Shown here: positions 26,684 to 36,081 of the stretch, piece by piece
Layout of the letters: the number at the start of each line of letters is the position of its first letter
Numbering within the stretch: position 1 is the first letter of the stretch
Sequence record: DRR723986_4994
Strand: one strand, 5' to 3'
Length of the DNA stretch: 64,000 nt
Position numbers and translations under genes: made by a program
Notes under the pieces: model-generated
What the model saw: the letters and a program-made list of their open reading frames with translations, nothing else
Databases searched by the model: none
Told to the model about the DNA's origin: nothing

Positions 26684-27124
26684 TTAATTAAAGGCTTGTT
26701 TCGCTGCTTTCAATAATCCGGCATTGGCGATAGAATCTTCTGGGAATATTTTGAGGGCACATTCGTATTGGGTCAGAGCTTCTTCAAATTTGCCCAATTC
26801 CATTTTCTTTTCCGCGACAGTTATGTACGCGTTAAACCCCACAGAGTCCTTCGGTTCAGGAATAGGGGTTTCTTTTTGGTTTAGTTTGTTTTCGTAAGCT
26901 GTATATGTTGAAATAGCCATGCTTCCAAACCATATTGAAATGCAGATTAATGCAAGACCGATTCCTGCACTAATGAGATGCTTACCATTAGACTTTCGAT
27001 TATTTCTAATTGAATTTGCTTTTAAATAACTTTGGTTATGGTTTGATGTTTTAAGAGCTTCTCTGTTAGCCTTTAATGTATCATTCATACTCCTCACTGA
27101 ACCTGATCCTCCGCCTCCTGCCAT
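26684..27124 (-). CDS. Small single-TM protein with C-terminal TPR (paralog 3 of the tandem trio)
   Basis: Start MAGGGGSGSVRSMNDTLKANR, TM helix, TPR GKFEEALTQYECALKIFP; TAATG coupling. Confidence 0.7.
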   Translation of the reverse strand: MAGGGGSGSVRSMNDTLKANREALKTSNHNQSYLKANSIRNNRKSNGKHLISAGIGLALICISIWFGSMAISTYTAYENKLNQKETPIPEPKDSVGFNAYITVAEKKMELGKFEEALTQYECALKIFPEDSIANAGLLKAAKQAFN

Positions 27125-27393
27125 TATCCTAGAATTAAAAAAATAAGAAAAATAAATCCACTCAGAAAAATCAATATCGACCATACAAGCCATGTCGTCT
27201 TTTGCTTTCTTTTTTTATCGCGAATTCGATTAATAATTATTTCGAGTTGTTCTATAGATGGTTCTTTGTAACCAAGTGGAACGCTCGTTTTTTGAAACTT
27301 TGGGTCAGCCAGATTTCCAGCGCTTACTTTTTTCAGCGCTTTTCTGTTAGCCTTTATGCTTTTAATTGCTCCTATCGTAGATCCAAATGACAT
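27124..27393 (-). CDS. Small basic protein with C-terminal TM (paralog 2)
   Basis: MSFGSTIGAIKSIKANRKAL...YKEPS.EQLE.II.RIR.KKR...LILG; TAATG coupling. Confidence 0.7.
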   Translation of the reverse strand: MSFGSTIGAIKSIKANRKALKKVSAGNLADPKFQKTSVPLGYKEPSIEQLEIIINRIRDKKRKQKTTWLVWSILIFLSGFIFLIFLILG

Positions 27394-27665
27394 TATCCTA
27401 GAATTAAATAAATAATACAAATGAGTCCAATCAAGATATACGACCCCATGAGAAATTGTTTTTTGAGAATATTCTCACGATTTTTTTTCCTACGTATTTT
27501 GTGAATGATACTGTCCAAATCCCCTTTATTCGGTTCTTTGAACTTTAGTTTATTCTTTTTGTAGGTATAATCAAGATCGGGTTTATCTTTTCGTTTTGAA
27601 GCAAGTGCGTTGCGGTTCATCCGAAACGATTTCACCATTGCACCAATATGTCCTCCTGCACCCAT
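27393..27665 (-). CDS. Small basic protein with C-terminal TM (paralog 1)
   Basis: MGAGGHIGAMVKSFRMNRNAL...FKEPN..DLD.II.KIR.KK...LILG. Confidence 0.7.
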   Translation of the reverse strand: MGAGGHIGAMVKSFRMNRNALASKRKDKPDLDYTYKKNKLKFKEPNKGDLDSIIHKIRRKKNRENILKKQFLMGSYILIGLICIIYLILG

Positions 27666-27717
27666 ACATGTAAATTACTAATAAAATTAGCAATAAACAA
27701 ATAGTATGAGTTGAATT

Positions 27718-29022
27718 TTATCGCTGAATGTTGATCTTTTTCGTACTTAGCTGTTTATCAGTTACTATTTGGAATAAATACTGACCATTCGGTAAGTCAG
27801 AAATATCTATTGTAGATAGATTGTTTTGGATTTTTAGCTCCTTTATACATTGTCCTAACTGGTTGTAGATCTTTATGTGGGAATTCGCTGTTGATGTTTG
27901 AATCGTAAGGCTATTTGAAGCTGGATTCGGATAAATTTCTAATTTCAAATCATTCTCAAGGGTATTTGCACTACAAAATGGTGCTATTGAAGCTACCTCA
28001 GTAAAAGTCCCATTGTCTACAAACCAATTAAACCAAGTTCCACCAGAACCAGTTGAATTGTTCCAATTAGACAGGTCAAAATAATTCAATCCATTTTGGG
28101 TTCCGGGAACTTTATAGACTTTTAATGCTTCACCGTTCCGATTCCAATTTAAAGGATTTCCAGAACTGCAATCTTCGGGGGTATTATCGGGCAATTCACA
28201 ATTAGGTGCAATGAAATAAGCGAATTCATCATAATTTGGATAGTCGCCGTAAACATAAGCTCGGTCAAACTCATCTATACAGATGGCTACATATTCGTTT
28301 GCTGCAATGCCCTTTGCCGCAATTCCATCATCCTGCAAAATTCTTGCTAAGAATGCCGTGTGTCTGCCTTTACGGTCAGGGCTATCATAATGAGTGTCTG
28401 TAATTACATTTTGTAAAATGGGATGTTCAATGAATGGGGCGTTTTGAACCGTAACATCCGAATCATAAGGATTCGCTAATGCAGTTGCAGATGTGACCGT
28501 TCCATTTTGAGCTGAAAAATAATATTGGCCTTGTATGGCCATTCCAGCAGAGGTGCCGCCAACTACAAGTCCTCTATTTTGTATACCTAAGTTGATTAAA
28601 CTGTCAATGGCTGTATTTCTCCAATACGAAATATAATTCCATTGATCACCTCCAGCGAACCAAATGGCTTCTGCTTGTTGAATTTTTTGATGGATATAAG
28701 CTTCGTTTGAAGCGGCTGCAGAATTGCAAACAATAGATTCCACCGAATTAATGGTAACACCTAATTGATTCAGCATATAATCATTATAGCCATCACTTCC
28801 TGAAGTTCTAAGCACCAACACATCACCCTGATTAGCGCGCTCTAGAAACCAAACCATGGCGTTATCTTCTTCTGAAGCTCCACCCATTAGGCAAATGCCT
28901 CCTTGTCCATTAGTGTCTAAATCAACAGAGTTTCCTAGAAAATAAGAGTCATAAGTTTGCCCAAATGATATTGTATTCAACAAGAGTAGAGCTATCAATA
29001 GTTTTAATTTCATAGCGTTCAT
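27718..29022 (-). CDS. Cyanophycinase-like peptidase S51 with T9SS type-A CTD
   Basis: LMGGA, AEAIWFAGGDQ, GGTSAGMA (Ser), ITDTHY (His); CTD IYPNPAS...GQY...KKINIQR. Confidence 0.85.
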   Translation of the reverse strand: MNAMKLKLLIALLLLNTISFGQTYDSYFLGNSVDLDTNGQGGICLMGGASEEDNAMVWFLERANQGDVLVLRTSGSDGYNDYMLNQLGVTINSVESIVCNSAAASNEAYIHQKIQQAEAIWFAGGDQWNYISYWRNTAIDSLINLGIQNRGLVVGGTSAGMAIQGQYYFSAQNGTVTSATALANPYDSDVTVQNAPFIEHPILQNVITDTHYDSPDRKGRHTAFLARILQDDGIAAKGIAANEYVAICIDEFDRAYVYGDYPNYDEFAYFIAPNCELPDNTPEDCSSGNPLNWNRNGEALKVYKVPGTQNGLNYFDLSNWNNSTGSGGTWFNWFVDNGTFTEVASIAPFCSANTLENDLKLEIYPNPASNSLTIQTSTANSHIKIYNQLGQCIKELKIQNNLSTIDISDLPNGQYLFQIVTDKQLSTKKINIQR

Positions 29023-29528
29023 TTATTAGGATTATCTAATCCGTAGATGTTAAACAATTGTCCTTCAAAAACCATTTGTTTGCGATAATCAAGGCCAAGC
29101 TTGGTAAGAACATTTATAGATCCATGATTATCGGGCATAGCTCCACCCCAAATGGTGGGCTCATTCATTTCTTCAAACGCAATTTTAATGAATGGTATTG
29201 CAGATTCTGTTGCATATCCTTTTCCCCAAAATCTTTTTGAGAATCTGAAGCCAATATCTACACCACCTAATTCTTCCTCATATTTCAGCCCGTTGAAGCC
29301 CATAAACTCTCCAGTTTCTTTCAAGGTAACAGCCATTCTGCCGTATCCATGATTTTCGTAATCGGCCAGCGTATTGTTTTTAATGGAATCTCTGATGTCT
29401 TCGATAGTGGCACTTTTCTCCATAGGTAAAAACTTGGTTACTTCTGGGTCTGTATTCATCTCAAATGCGGCTTCTGCATCATCTAACGTGAATTTCCTAA
29501 GAAGAAGTCTTTCTGTTTCAATTATCAT
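29019..29528 (-). CDS. GNAT N-acetyltransferase (RimJ/RimL-like)
   Basis: MIIETERLLLR, FWGKGYATES, NHGSINVLTKLG. Confidence 0.88.
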   Translation of the reverse strand: MIIETERLLLRKFTLDDAEAAFEMNTDPEVTKFLPMEKSATIEDIRDSIKNNTLADYENHGYGRMAVTLKETGEFMGFNGLKYEEELGGVDIGFRFSKRFWGKGYATESAIPFIKIAFEEMNEPTIWGGAMPDNHGSINVLTKLGLDYRKQMVFEGQLFNIYGLDNPNK

Positions 29529-29946
29529 CTTGGTTGTGTAATTGTATGAGTGTACTTTGAGCGGCGGCGCATAATTTTTCTTTTCCGTCCTTGATAACGA
29601 ATACATCCGCTCTGCAAATTGTAAGTGTTTTTCCGCTATTTAAAACCTTGGCCTTGGCAATCAGCATTTCGCCATCCCCTGGTGACATCAAATTCAGTTT
29701 AAATTCAACGGTCAGAATGGAAGAGGTTGGATCCATTTTAGAAAAAGCGGCATATCCTGCAGCATTATCTGCCAATGTGCTGATGACACCAGCATGAAAA
29801 AAGCCATGTTGTTGCGTGAGCTCTTCTTTGAAGGGTAAATGAATTTCGCAAAAACCGTCTTCAACTTTGACAACTTTTCCTCCAATGAAGTTCATGAATT
29901 TTTGTCTTGCAAAACTGTCTTTTATTTTCTCTTCAAAATCGAACAT
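29518..29946 (-). CDS. PaaI-family thioesterase
   Basis: LTQQHGFFHAGVISTLAD, LTVEFKLNL hotdog-fold motifs. Confidence 0.9.
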   Translation of the reverse strand: MFDFEEKIKDSFARQKFMNFIGGKVVKVEDGFCEIHLPFKEELTQQHGFFHAGVISTLADNAAGYAAFSKMDPTSSILTVEFKLNLMSPGDGEMLIAKAKVLNSGKTLTICRADVFVIKDGKEKLCAAAQSTLIQLHNQDDN

Positions 29947-29962
29947 GACTTAAAGATATAAA

Positions 29963-29992
29963 AAAAGCATCCGTTACAGAACGGATGCTTTT
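29963..29992 (-). terminator. Intrinsic terminator after the YceI gene
   Basis: AAAAGCATCCGTT-acag-AACGGATGCTTTT. Confidence 0.85.
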
Positions 29993-30017
29993 CATTGCGC
30001 GTTAAATCTTGAAATTG

Positions 30018-30527
30018 TTATTCTACTGGAATTGCAAAAGTTATCACCACATCAGTTTGATCTGCAGGTTTATTGGCGTAAATTCCATAAGTCTTTGCTT
30101 GAATTGTCCCTGTTCCCTTGAACATCTTATCAGAATAAGTAAAGGTGATGGTTTCTTCGTGCTCGATATCCATGATTTTCATTATTCCAGTCATGACAAT
30201 TTTATCACCATCTTTCTTGAATGACTTACTGGTGAATGTCATTTTCGGATATTTTTCAGCATCAAAAAAATCTTCCGTTTTTAAATGGTTATCTCTTTTT
30301 TTGTTACCCGTATTCAATGTATTTGTCAGTACTGAACCAACTATACTTGAGCTGGCCAGATCATCCATGTTGAATTTTATCGTGGCCTCAAATCCACCAA
30401 TGGTTCCTTTAGTTTTAGACATATCTGCCAAGAAACTAATGGCAACGGCTTCTGATCTTACTTTTAATTCTTGCGCCTCTGAAACAAATGGTAAAAGGGC
30501 AATAGCAACTAATAATATCTTTTTCAT
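30018..30527 (-). CDS. YceI-family secreted lipid/polyisoprenoid-binding protein
   Basis: Signal peptide MKKILLV; LNTGNKKRDNHLKTEDFFDAEKYPKMTF. Confidence 0.9.
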   Translation of the reverse strand: MKKILLVAIALLPFVSEAQELKVRSEAVAISFLADMSKTKGTIGGFEATIKFNMDDLASSSIVGSVLTNTLNTGNKKRDNHLKTEDFFDAEKYPKMTFTSKSFKKDGDKIVMTGIMKIMDIEHEETITFTYSDKMFKGTGTIQAKTYGIYANKPADQTDVVITFAIPVE

Positions 30528-30552
30528 TTTTCGCTTTTTATACAAATATAAA

Positions 30553-30578
30553 AATATATATGTTTAAACATGTATATT
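30553..30578. promoter_or_regulatory. 26-bp near-perfect palindrome, candidate repressor operator of yceI
   Basis: AATATATATGTTTAAACATGTATATT, just upstream of a TATATTTG -7 element (30543-30550, - strand). Confidence 0.55.
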
Positions 30579-30635
30579 CTTTAATTAATTAAATGTATCA
30601 ATAAAAAATATTGATGAAATAGCTTTAACTAAAAT

Positions 30636-31199
30636 TTAACGACCTAAAAAGACAAACCCTTCTTTTGTGATGGTTTGGCCATCCAGTGTAAGAATTGAAA
30701 ATATATAAGGGTAAACATCATCTGCGATATCATGTCCATCCTTAGCATGTTTTCCATCCCATTTTAAATATAAGCCTTGTTCGTCATAAATTACCAGTTG
30801 CTCACGATTGAAAATGGTTAAACGGGTTGACAGATGGTCACAATTGACAACTGGTTCAAAGTACTGATTGTATGAATCACCGTTTGGAGTGAAGCGATTG
30901 GGGATGTAAACAGAACAGAAACAATAACCATCAGGGCCAAAAATTTCAATTAATGTGGTGTCAACAGAGGAGTATAGGTAGTAATTCTTTGCAGATTCAG
31001 GATAATCAATAAAATGCCAATCAGTGGAAATAATTGAGTCTGGGTCATCAACATAAGCCCAGTGTGTCATGGTATCGCCATATGCCCAAAATTCGATCGG
31101 TTGTTCAGGACAAAACCTGTGTGAACCCTTCAAATACGTGATTTGGCTGAGCGCAGATATGTTGATGACTAAGGCGTAGATGATGATTAGCTTTTTCAT
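30636..31199 (-). CDS. Small protein with type-B T9SS CTD (CHU_C)
   Basis: Signal peptide MKKLIII; VYIPNRFTPNGDSYNQYF...IFNRE...WDG...GFVFL. Confidence 0.8.
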   Translation of the reverse strand: MKKLIIIYALVINISALSQITYLKGSHRFCPEQPIEFWAYGDTMTHWAYVDDPDSIISTDWHFIDYPESAKNYYLYSSVDTTLIEIFGPDGYCFCSVYIPNRFTPNGDSYNQYFEPVVNCDHLSTRLTIFNREQLVIYDEQGLYLKWDGKHAKDGHDIADDVYPYIFSILTLDGQTITKEGFVFLGR

Positions 31200-31246
31200 A
31201 GTTGGGTTTATTGTAGAACAATTCAAAATCTAAATTTGTTACAGGT

Positions 31247-31287
31247 CTGCCGTAATGTCATTTAAAATAATTTGGCCTGATATTCGA
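31247..31287 (+). promoter_or_regulatory. Putative sigma54-like promoter with TGTCA box, same layout as htpG
   Basis: CTGCCGTAATGTCA-N12-TGGCCTGATATTCGA (GG-N10-GA), directly upstream of the ABC exporter. Confidence 0.45.
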
Positions 31288-31300
31288 CAACAAAGAAATC

Positions 31301-33037
31301 ATGAGTGAGAAAAAAGTATCCTTCGGTTGGGCAATAAAAGAATTCGTATTCCCAAGAAAAAAAATTGTTTCAATTGGTTTAGTGTTAATCATTATTAAGA
31401 GTATTGCTGGCTTAGCATTGCCATTTGTGACTCGGACTTTGTTGGATGAAGTATTTCCAAATAAGGATTTTCCATTGTTGATGACCTTAGTGACAATTCT
31501 CGCGGCAGCCCTTTTGATTCAGGCGATTACATCTTTCGCATTGACGAGACTTCTAAGTGTAGAGGCACAACGCTTGATTTCAATTCTCCGTTCAGATGTT
31601 CAAAAAAAACTCATGAAATTGCCCATCAATTTCTTTGATAATCAAAAATCAGGTGCATTAGTTTCAAGGGTGATGACGGACGTTGAAGGGGTTAGAAACA
31701 TTGTTGGAACTGGGTTGGTGCAGTTAATTGGTGGATCGTTAACAGCTATATTTTCACTGATTTTACTCATTCAATTGAATTGGTTTTTAACGGTTGTGGT
31801 CTTGGTTCCTGTAGCCATTTTTGCAGTGATTATGATGAAGGCATTTGGTTATATCCGTCCAATTTTTAGAAAACGAGGTAAAATAAATGCTGAGGTGACT
31901 GGCAGATTGACAGAGACATTAAACGGTGTTAGAGTGATCAAAGGATTCAATGCTGAAGAACAAGAAAATCAAATATTTGAAGAAGGTGTTAACCGACTCT
32001 ATCTAAATGTAAAAAAGAGTTTAACAGCTACTGCTATTATCACAAGTTCGTCCACATTTTTAATTGGACTGGCTTCTGCCGCAATTATGGGAGTTGGCGG
32101 TTGGTATGTGATAGGAGATGATATGACAGCAGGTGAGTTGATGTATTTTACTTTTCTCTTAGGCTTAATGGTGGCTCCGATTATTCAGATGAGTAATATT
32201 GGTTCTCAGTTATCAGAGGCTATGGCTGGTTTAGATAGAACGCAAGAGCTCATGAATATGCCTGAAGAAGATGATCCTGAAGTGAGAACGGTGGTGTTGA
32301 ACGAAATAAAAGGTGATATTAAGTTTGAGAATGTTGAGTTTGCTTATGAAGAGGATAAAGAAGTCTTGCACGGAATCAACTTTGATGCTCCGGCAGGGAG
32401 TGTAACTGCGTTGGTAGGATCGTCAGGGTCAGGTAAATCAACCATTGCTGGATTAGCGGCTACTTTCTTGAATCCTAAATCAGGAAAAGTAACATTGGAT
32501 GGTCAAGATTTATCAGTAGTGAACTTGAGTTCATTCAGACAGCATTTGGGAGTTGTGCTGCAGGATGATTTCTTATATGAAGGCACCATTAGAGAGAACA
32601 TTTTATTTCCACGCCCAAATGCGACGGAAGAGGAATTGCAAGCCGCTGTAAAAGGTGCATATGTGGATGAATTTACTGATAGATTTGAAGATGGATTAGA
32701 AACCGTAATTGGTGAACGTGGTGTCAAATTATCGGGAGGGCAAAGACAGCGAATATCCATTGCAAGAGCTTTATTGGCGAATCCGAGAATCATTATTTTG
32801 GATGAGGCGACATCCAATTTGGATACAGAGAGTGAATCATTTATTCAAAAAAGTCTGAACGATTTGATGAAGGATAGAACCACTTTTGTAATCGCACACA
32901 GATTGAGTACCATACAAAAGGCCGATCAAATTTTAGTGATAGAAGATGGCAGAATAGTGGAGCAGGGTAAACACCAAGAATTACTTGATAAAAAGGGTCG
33001 TTATCACGACTTATATACTTATCAAAGTAGGATTTAG
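31301..33037 (+). CDS. ABC exporter, fused TMD-NBD (MsbA/Sav1866-like)
   Basis: Six-TM N-terminus; Walker A GSSGSGKST, LSGGQRQR, ILDEATS, IAHRLST. Confidence 0.93.
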   Translation: MSEKKVSFGWAIKEFVFPRKKIVSIGLVLIIIKSIAGLALPFVTRTLLDEVFPNKDFPLLMTLVTILAAALLIQAITSFALTRLLSVEAQRLISILRSDVQKKLMKLPINFFDNQKSGALVSRVMTDVEGVRNIVGTGLVQLIGGSLTAIFSLILLIQLNWFLTVVVLVPVAIFAVIMMKAFGYIRPIFRKRGKINAEVTGRLTETLNGVRVIKGFNAEEQENQIFEEGVNRLYLNVKKSLTATAIITSSSTFLIGLASAAIMGVGGWYVIGDDMTAGELMYFTFLLGLMVAPIIQMSNIGSQLSEAMAGLDRTQELMNMPEEDDPEVRTVVLNEIKGDIKFENVEFAYEEDKEVLHGINFDAPAGSVTALVGSSGSGKSTIAGLAATFLNPKSGKVTLDGQDLSVVNLSSFRQHLGVVLQDDFLYEGTIRENILFPRPNATEEELQAAVKGAYVDEFTDRFEDGLETVIGERGVKLSGGQRQRISIARALLANPRIIILDEATSNLDTESESFIQKSLNDLMKDRTTFVIAHRLSTIQKADQILVIEDGRIVEQGKHQELLDKKGRYHDLYTYQSRI

Positions 33038-33594
33038 ATCAAGTCTGATTTAATTAAACAATAAATCTCACTGTCTAAATATTGGCCCTTAAAGAAATAG
33101 TTTTCTCTGAAGTAAGCTTCTTTATTAAAGCCAATTTTTTCAAGGCATTTACGTGAGTCTTCATTCATGGGATTGATATTGGCTTCATAACTATGTAAAC
33201 CCAATTCTTTAAATCCATACAAGAGTATTTCGTTCATGGCTTCAGTCATGTAACCTGATTTCCAAAATTGCTTTTTTAAAGAATATCCGATCTGACCTCT
33301 ATCGTTCTTTTTATCTACGCTCCAGATGGAAAAATCGCCCATGAATTCACCGGTTGATTTGTCTGTGATGGCCCAATAATATCCTTTTCCTTCTCGTTGA
33401 TTTTTTATATTATCAGCAACAAATTTTTCGGAATCTTCAATTGAGCCGTGGAAGCTGGAATCCATAAATTTCATTACATCTTCATTTGAGCGAATTTCGA
33501 AAATATGCTTTGCGTCTTTTATCCGAAAAGGACGGAGAATTAAGCGCTCGGTTTCTAACTGATGCAGGTCGGTTTGACTTACAGATTTATTCAT
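33034..33594 (-). CDS. GNAT N-acetyltransferase (RimJ/RimL-like)
   Basis: LETERLILR, IGYSL..QFWKSGYMTEA, NEDSRKCLEKIGF. Confidence 0.88.
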   Translation of the reverse strand: MNKSVSQTDLHQLETERLILRPFRIKDAKHIFEIRSNEDVMKFMDSSFHGSIEDSEKFVADNIKNQREGKGYYWAITDKSTGEFMGDFSIWSVDKKNDRGQIGYSLKKQFWKSGYMTEAMNEILLYGFKELGLHSYEANINPMNEDSRKCLEKIGFNKEAYFRENYFFKGQYLDSEIYCLIKSDLI

Positions 33595-33665
33595 GGTAGG
33601 TCAAAGGTAGGGAAACAGATTTAAAATTACTGTTTAAGGTTTTAATTCAGTCTGTTATCTACACT

Positions 33666-33932
33666 TTAAAATATTCCGACAGCCAATTCAGCCCAGAATA
33701 AAAGCGCTGCAGCAATTATTATAAGCCCAATCACGATTTTAATTTTGCTATTCTTGAAAAGCTGTGGCAAATAATAGGCTCCAAAACTGGTCAATAATAT
33801 AATCATCCCGGCAATTAAAAAATCCATTGATGACCAATTTACCTTTTCACTTATTTGCATTGCGGTAAATGGTACAAGTAAGATTAGTAATGGAAAGAGA
33901 AGAAATAGTGGCGGACGTTTTGATCTTGACAT
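33666..33932 (-). CDS. Small three-TM membrane protein
   Basis: LLVPFTAMQ...VNWS..DF...LLFWAELAVGIF. Confidence 0.75.
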   Translation of the reverse strand: MSRSKRPPLFLLFPLLILLVPFTAMQISEKVNWSSMDFLIAGMIILLTSFGAYYLPQLFKNSKIKIVIGLIIIAAALLFWAELAVGIF

Positions 33933-33950
33933 GATTTAATTTTAAAAGTG

Positions 33951-33965
33951 CTTTGAAATACAAAG
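33951..33965. promoter_or_regulatory. Palindrome CTTTG-N5-CAAAG, candidate operator
   Basis: gtgCTTTGaaataCAAAGtaac, ~19 nt upstream of the 33932 start. Confidence 0.4.
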
Positions 33966-33997
33966 TAACGAATATACTTCCAAGTTGTCAATAGGTT

Positions 33998-34369
33998 TTA
34001 TAAAGAAATCATGAGAAAATAGCCGTCTAAATCTCGGATGCAGAATTGTTCAAATCCAGAGTTTTCGTTTTTGTGAGGGGGGTCTTCTACAACAGCGTTT
34101 AAGCTTTGAGCGTTCTTCCAGATTTTATCTAAGTTTTCTACTCTTAAATAAATGATTAAGCCATTTCCGGGAGTTACAGACGGATCAGACATTGTTGGGT
34201 GTGCGTGAATTTCCCATTTATGCAAACAGAGAAAAATCTCGTTGTTTTCATCTGCTAGAATTTCAAACTCACTTCCGCCGTGAAGAGCATTACAATTTAA
34301 TAAATCTTGATACCATTGAGAACTTTTCTCGACATCTGCAACTGCGATTATCGGTTGATTTTTTATCAT
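33998..34369 (-). CDS. VOC/glyoxalase-family protein
   Basis: IAVADVEKSSQWY...GLIIYLRVENLD...FCIRDLDGY. Confidence 0.85.
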   Translation of the reverse strand: MIKNQPIIAVADVEKSSQWYQDLLNCNALHGGSEFEILADENNEIFLCLHKWEIHAHPTMSDPSVTPGNGLIIYLRVENLDKIWKNAQSLNAVVEDPPHKNENSGFEQFCIRDLDGYFLMISL

Positions 34370-34389
34370 CTGTTCTCAGGTTTTATGAA

Positions 34390-36081
34390 TTACTTCGGAT
34401 ATTTAAAAACCCATGCTCCGTCTCCTGCACTAGATGCCCCAGAAGAAGCTGCCGATTGCGAATCATGCTGTTGGATGGAGACCATATAAAGTCCATCAAA
34501 TCTTCCTAAAACCATAGCGGATCCATATCCTTTACTTTTCATTGTGTTAACATAAGCATCAGCATTTCCAGATTCTGAAAAAGCATTTCCTATAACATGA
34601 TAACTTCCTCCTGAAGAAGTGTTGTTGACAACAGGCTGTTCTTCAACCACCTCTTCAACCACTTCATCTTCAACTACCTCTTCGGTAACTTCGTCAGTAG
34701 CGATTTCTTCACCATCTACAATTCCTTCCGTTCCATCTCCTGTTCCGTCTCCGTCTCCCTCGCCATTTCCATCATCATTGCCTTCTCCGTCTCCTGTTGC
34801 GTGTTCATTTGATTCACCTTCACCATGTCCATTTTCATCTCCTTCTTCATGCTCGTTTTCAGCCACTTCAGTTCCATTAAACATGGCCAAGATTTTATCC
34901 TTGTATAGATAGGCTGCGGTTCCCCCACCGCCAATTAAAAAAATCAAAATGATGATTAATGGTAAACGATTTTTTTTCTTCTTTTCACCATCTTTCTCTT
35001 TCTTATTCTTTGGTTTTTTTGCGGATGGTTTTTGCTTCTTGTCGCTTGCTCCAGACTTTTTGTATTTGTCTTTTATTGAAGACATGCTTTTGTCTCCTTC
35101 TGCTTTAGCTTCAGTTGTTTTATCTGTCGCTGCAGTCACTGTTTTACCAGCAGCAGCGAGTGCTGCAGCGGCCGCTTTGGAAGTTCCTATGTCTTTCTTT
35201 TCGTCAGCAGGTGTAAATTTATTTTTTTCTTGAGGCGTTTCAGATTTTGACTCTGTTTTGATTTCGGGTTTTTTAATTTCTGCAGCTTTTTTAGCGTCAC
35301 CAACTGCACGTTCAATTGCTGAAGGTTTCGCAGATGATTTCTCTTCCGATTTCTTTTTATCAGCAGGAACAAATTTATTTTTCTCCTGTTTCGCCTCAGC
35401 TTCACTCGACTTATCCGTTGATTTTACCTCAGTTGGTTTATTTTCAGGTGTTGCTGTTTTAGCAGTGGCAGCCAATTTATCTGCATCCGCTTTTGCTTTT
35501 GCTGCTGCCTTATCTGCTTCGACCTTTGCTTTTGCAGCAGCTTTATCTGCTTCTGCTTTAGCTTTAGCCGCTTCTTTATCCGCTGCTGCTTTCGCTTTAG
35601 CGGCCGCTTTTTCTTCGGCTGCTTTCGCTTTCGCGGCGGCTTTTTCAGCCTTTTTGTCAACTACCGGTGCAGCTGCAGGCTTTTCTTCAGCTTTCGGTTT
35701 TTCTTCAACCTTTTTTTCTGTCGTTGGAGTGGCTGCAGATGAATCTCCCGTTGCAGCTATTGCTCCCTTTGGATCCATTTTAAAATCTACATTACCATCC
35801 TTATCCTTAATAAAACTACCGAATTCAAACATATCATAAGAATTCCCTTTCCCTAATTCAGCTTCTATCTCTCTCACAAATTTTGCGATTTGGTTTTGAG
35901 CAGTTTGTTCGTCTGTTCCTTCTTTTTCAGAAATGAATTTGGCAAGGGCCCCATCATTGAATTTCAGGTGTGGATTAAAAACAACTTTACCAGTTTTAGA
36001 ATTTGAAACCATCAATGATCCAAAGCTTGGAAGAATAACTGACGATTGAATTTTAAGGATTTCTATAAGGTACTTGTTCAT
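34390..36081 (-). CDS. HU-CCDC81-like domain / Ala-Lys-rich linker / TM / SPOR-domain protein
   Basis: N-terminal VILPSFGSL...FNPHLKFNDGALAKFI...FGSF; AKA-rich region; TM LPLIIILIFLIGGGG; C-terminal SPOR YHVIGNAFSESGNADAY...AWVFK. Confidence 0.75.
   Translation of the reverse strand: MNKYLIEILKIQSSVILPSFGSLMVSNSKTGKVVFNPHLKFNDGALAKFISEKEGTDEQTAQNQIAKFVREIEAELGKGNSYDMFEFGSFIKDKDGNVDFKMDPKGAIAATGDSSAATPTTEKKVEEKPKAEEKPAAAPVVDKKAEKAAAKAKAAEEKAAAKAKAAADKEAAKAKAEADKAAAKAKVEADKAAAKAKADADKLAATAKTATPENKPTEVKSTDKSSEAEAKQEKNKFVPADKKKSEEKSSAKPSAIERAVGDAKKAAEIKKPEIKTESKSETPQEKNKFTPADEKKDIGTSKAAAAALAAAGKTVTAATDKTTEAKAEGDKSMSSIKDKYKKSGASDKKQKPSAKKPKNKKEKDGEKKKKNRLPLIIILIFLIGGGGTAAYLYKDKILAMFNGTEVAENEHEEGDENGHGEGESNEHATGDGEGNDDGNGEGDGDGTGDGTEGIVDGEEIATDEVTEEVVEDEVVEEVVEEQPVVNNTSSGGSYHVIGNAFSESGNADAYVNTMKSKGYGSAMVLGRFDGLYMVSIQQHDSQSAASSGASSAGDGAWVFKYPK

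Noticed and set aside
34619..35839. Long antisense and alternative-frame ORFs over the HU/SPOR gene
   Set aside because: Shadow ORFs caused by low-complexity Ala/Lys/Glu codons.
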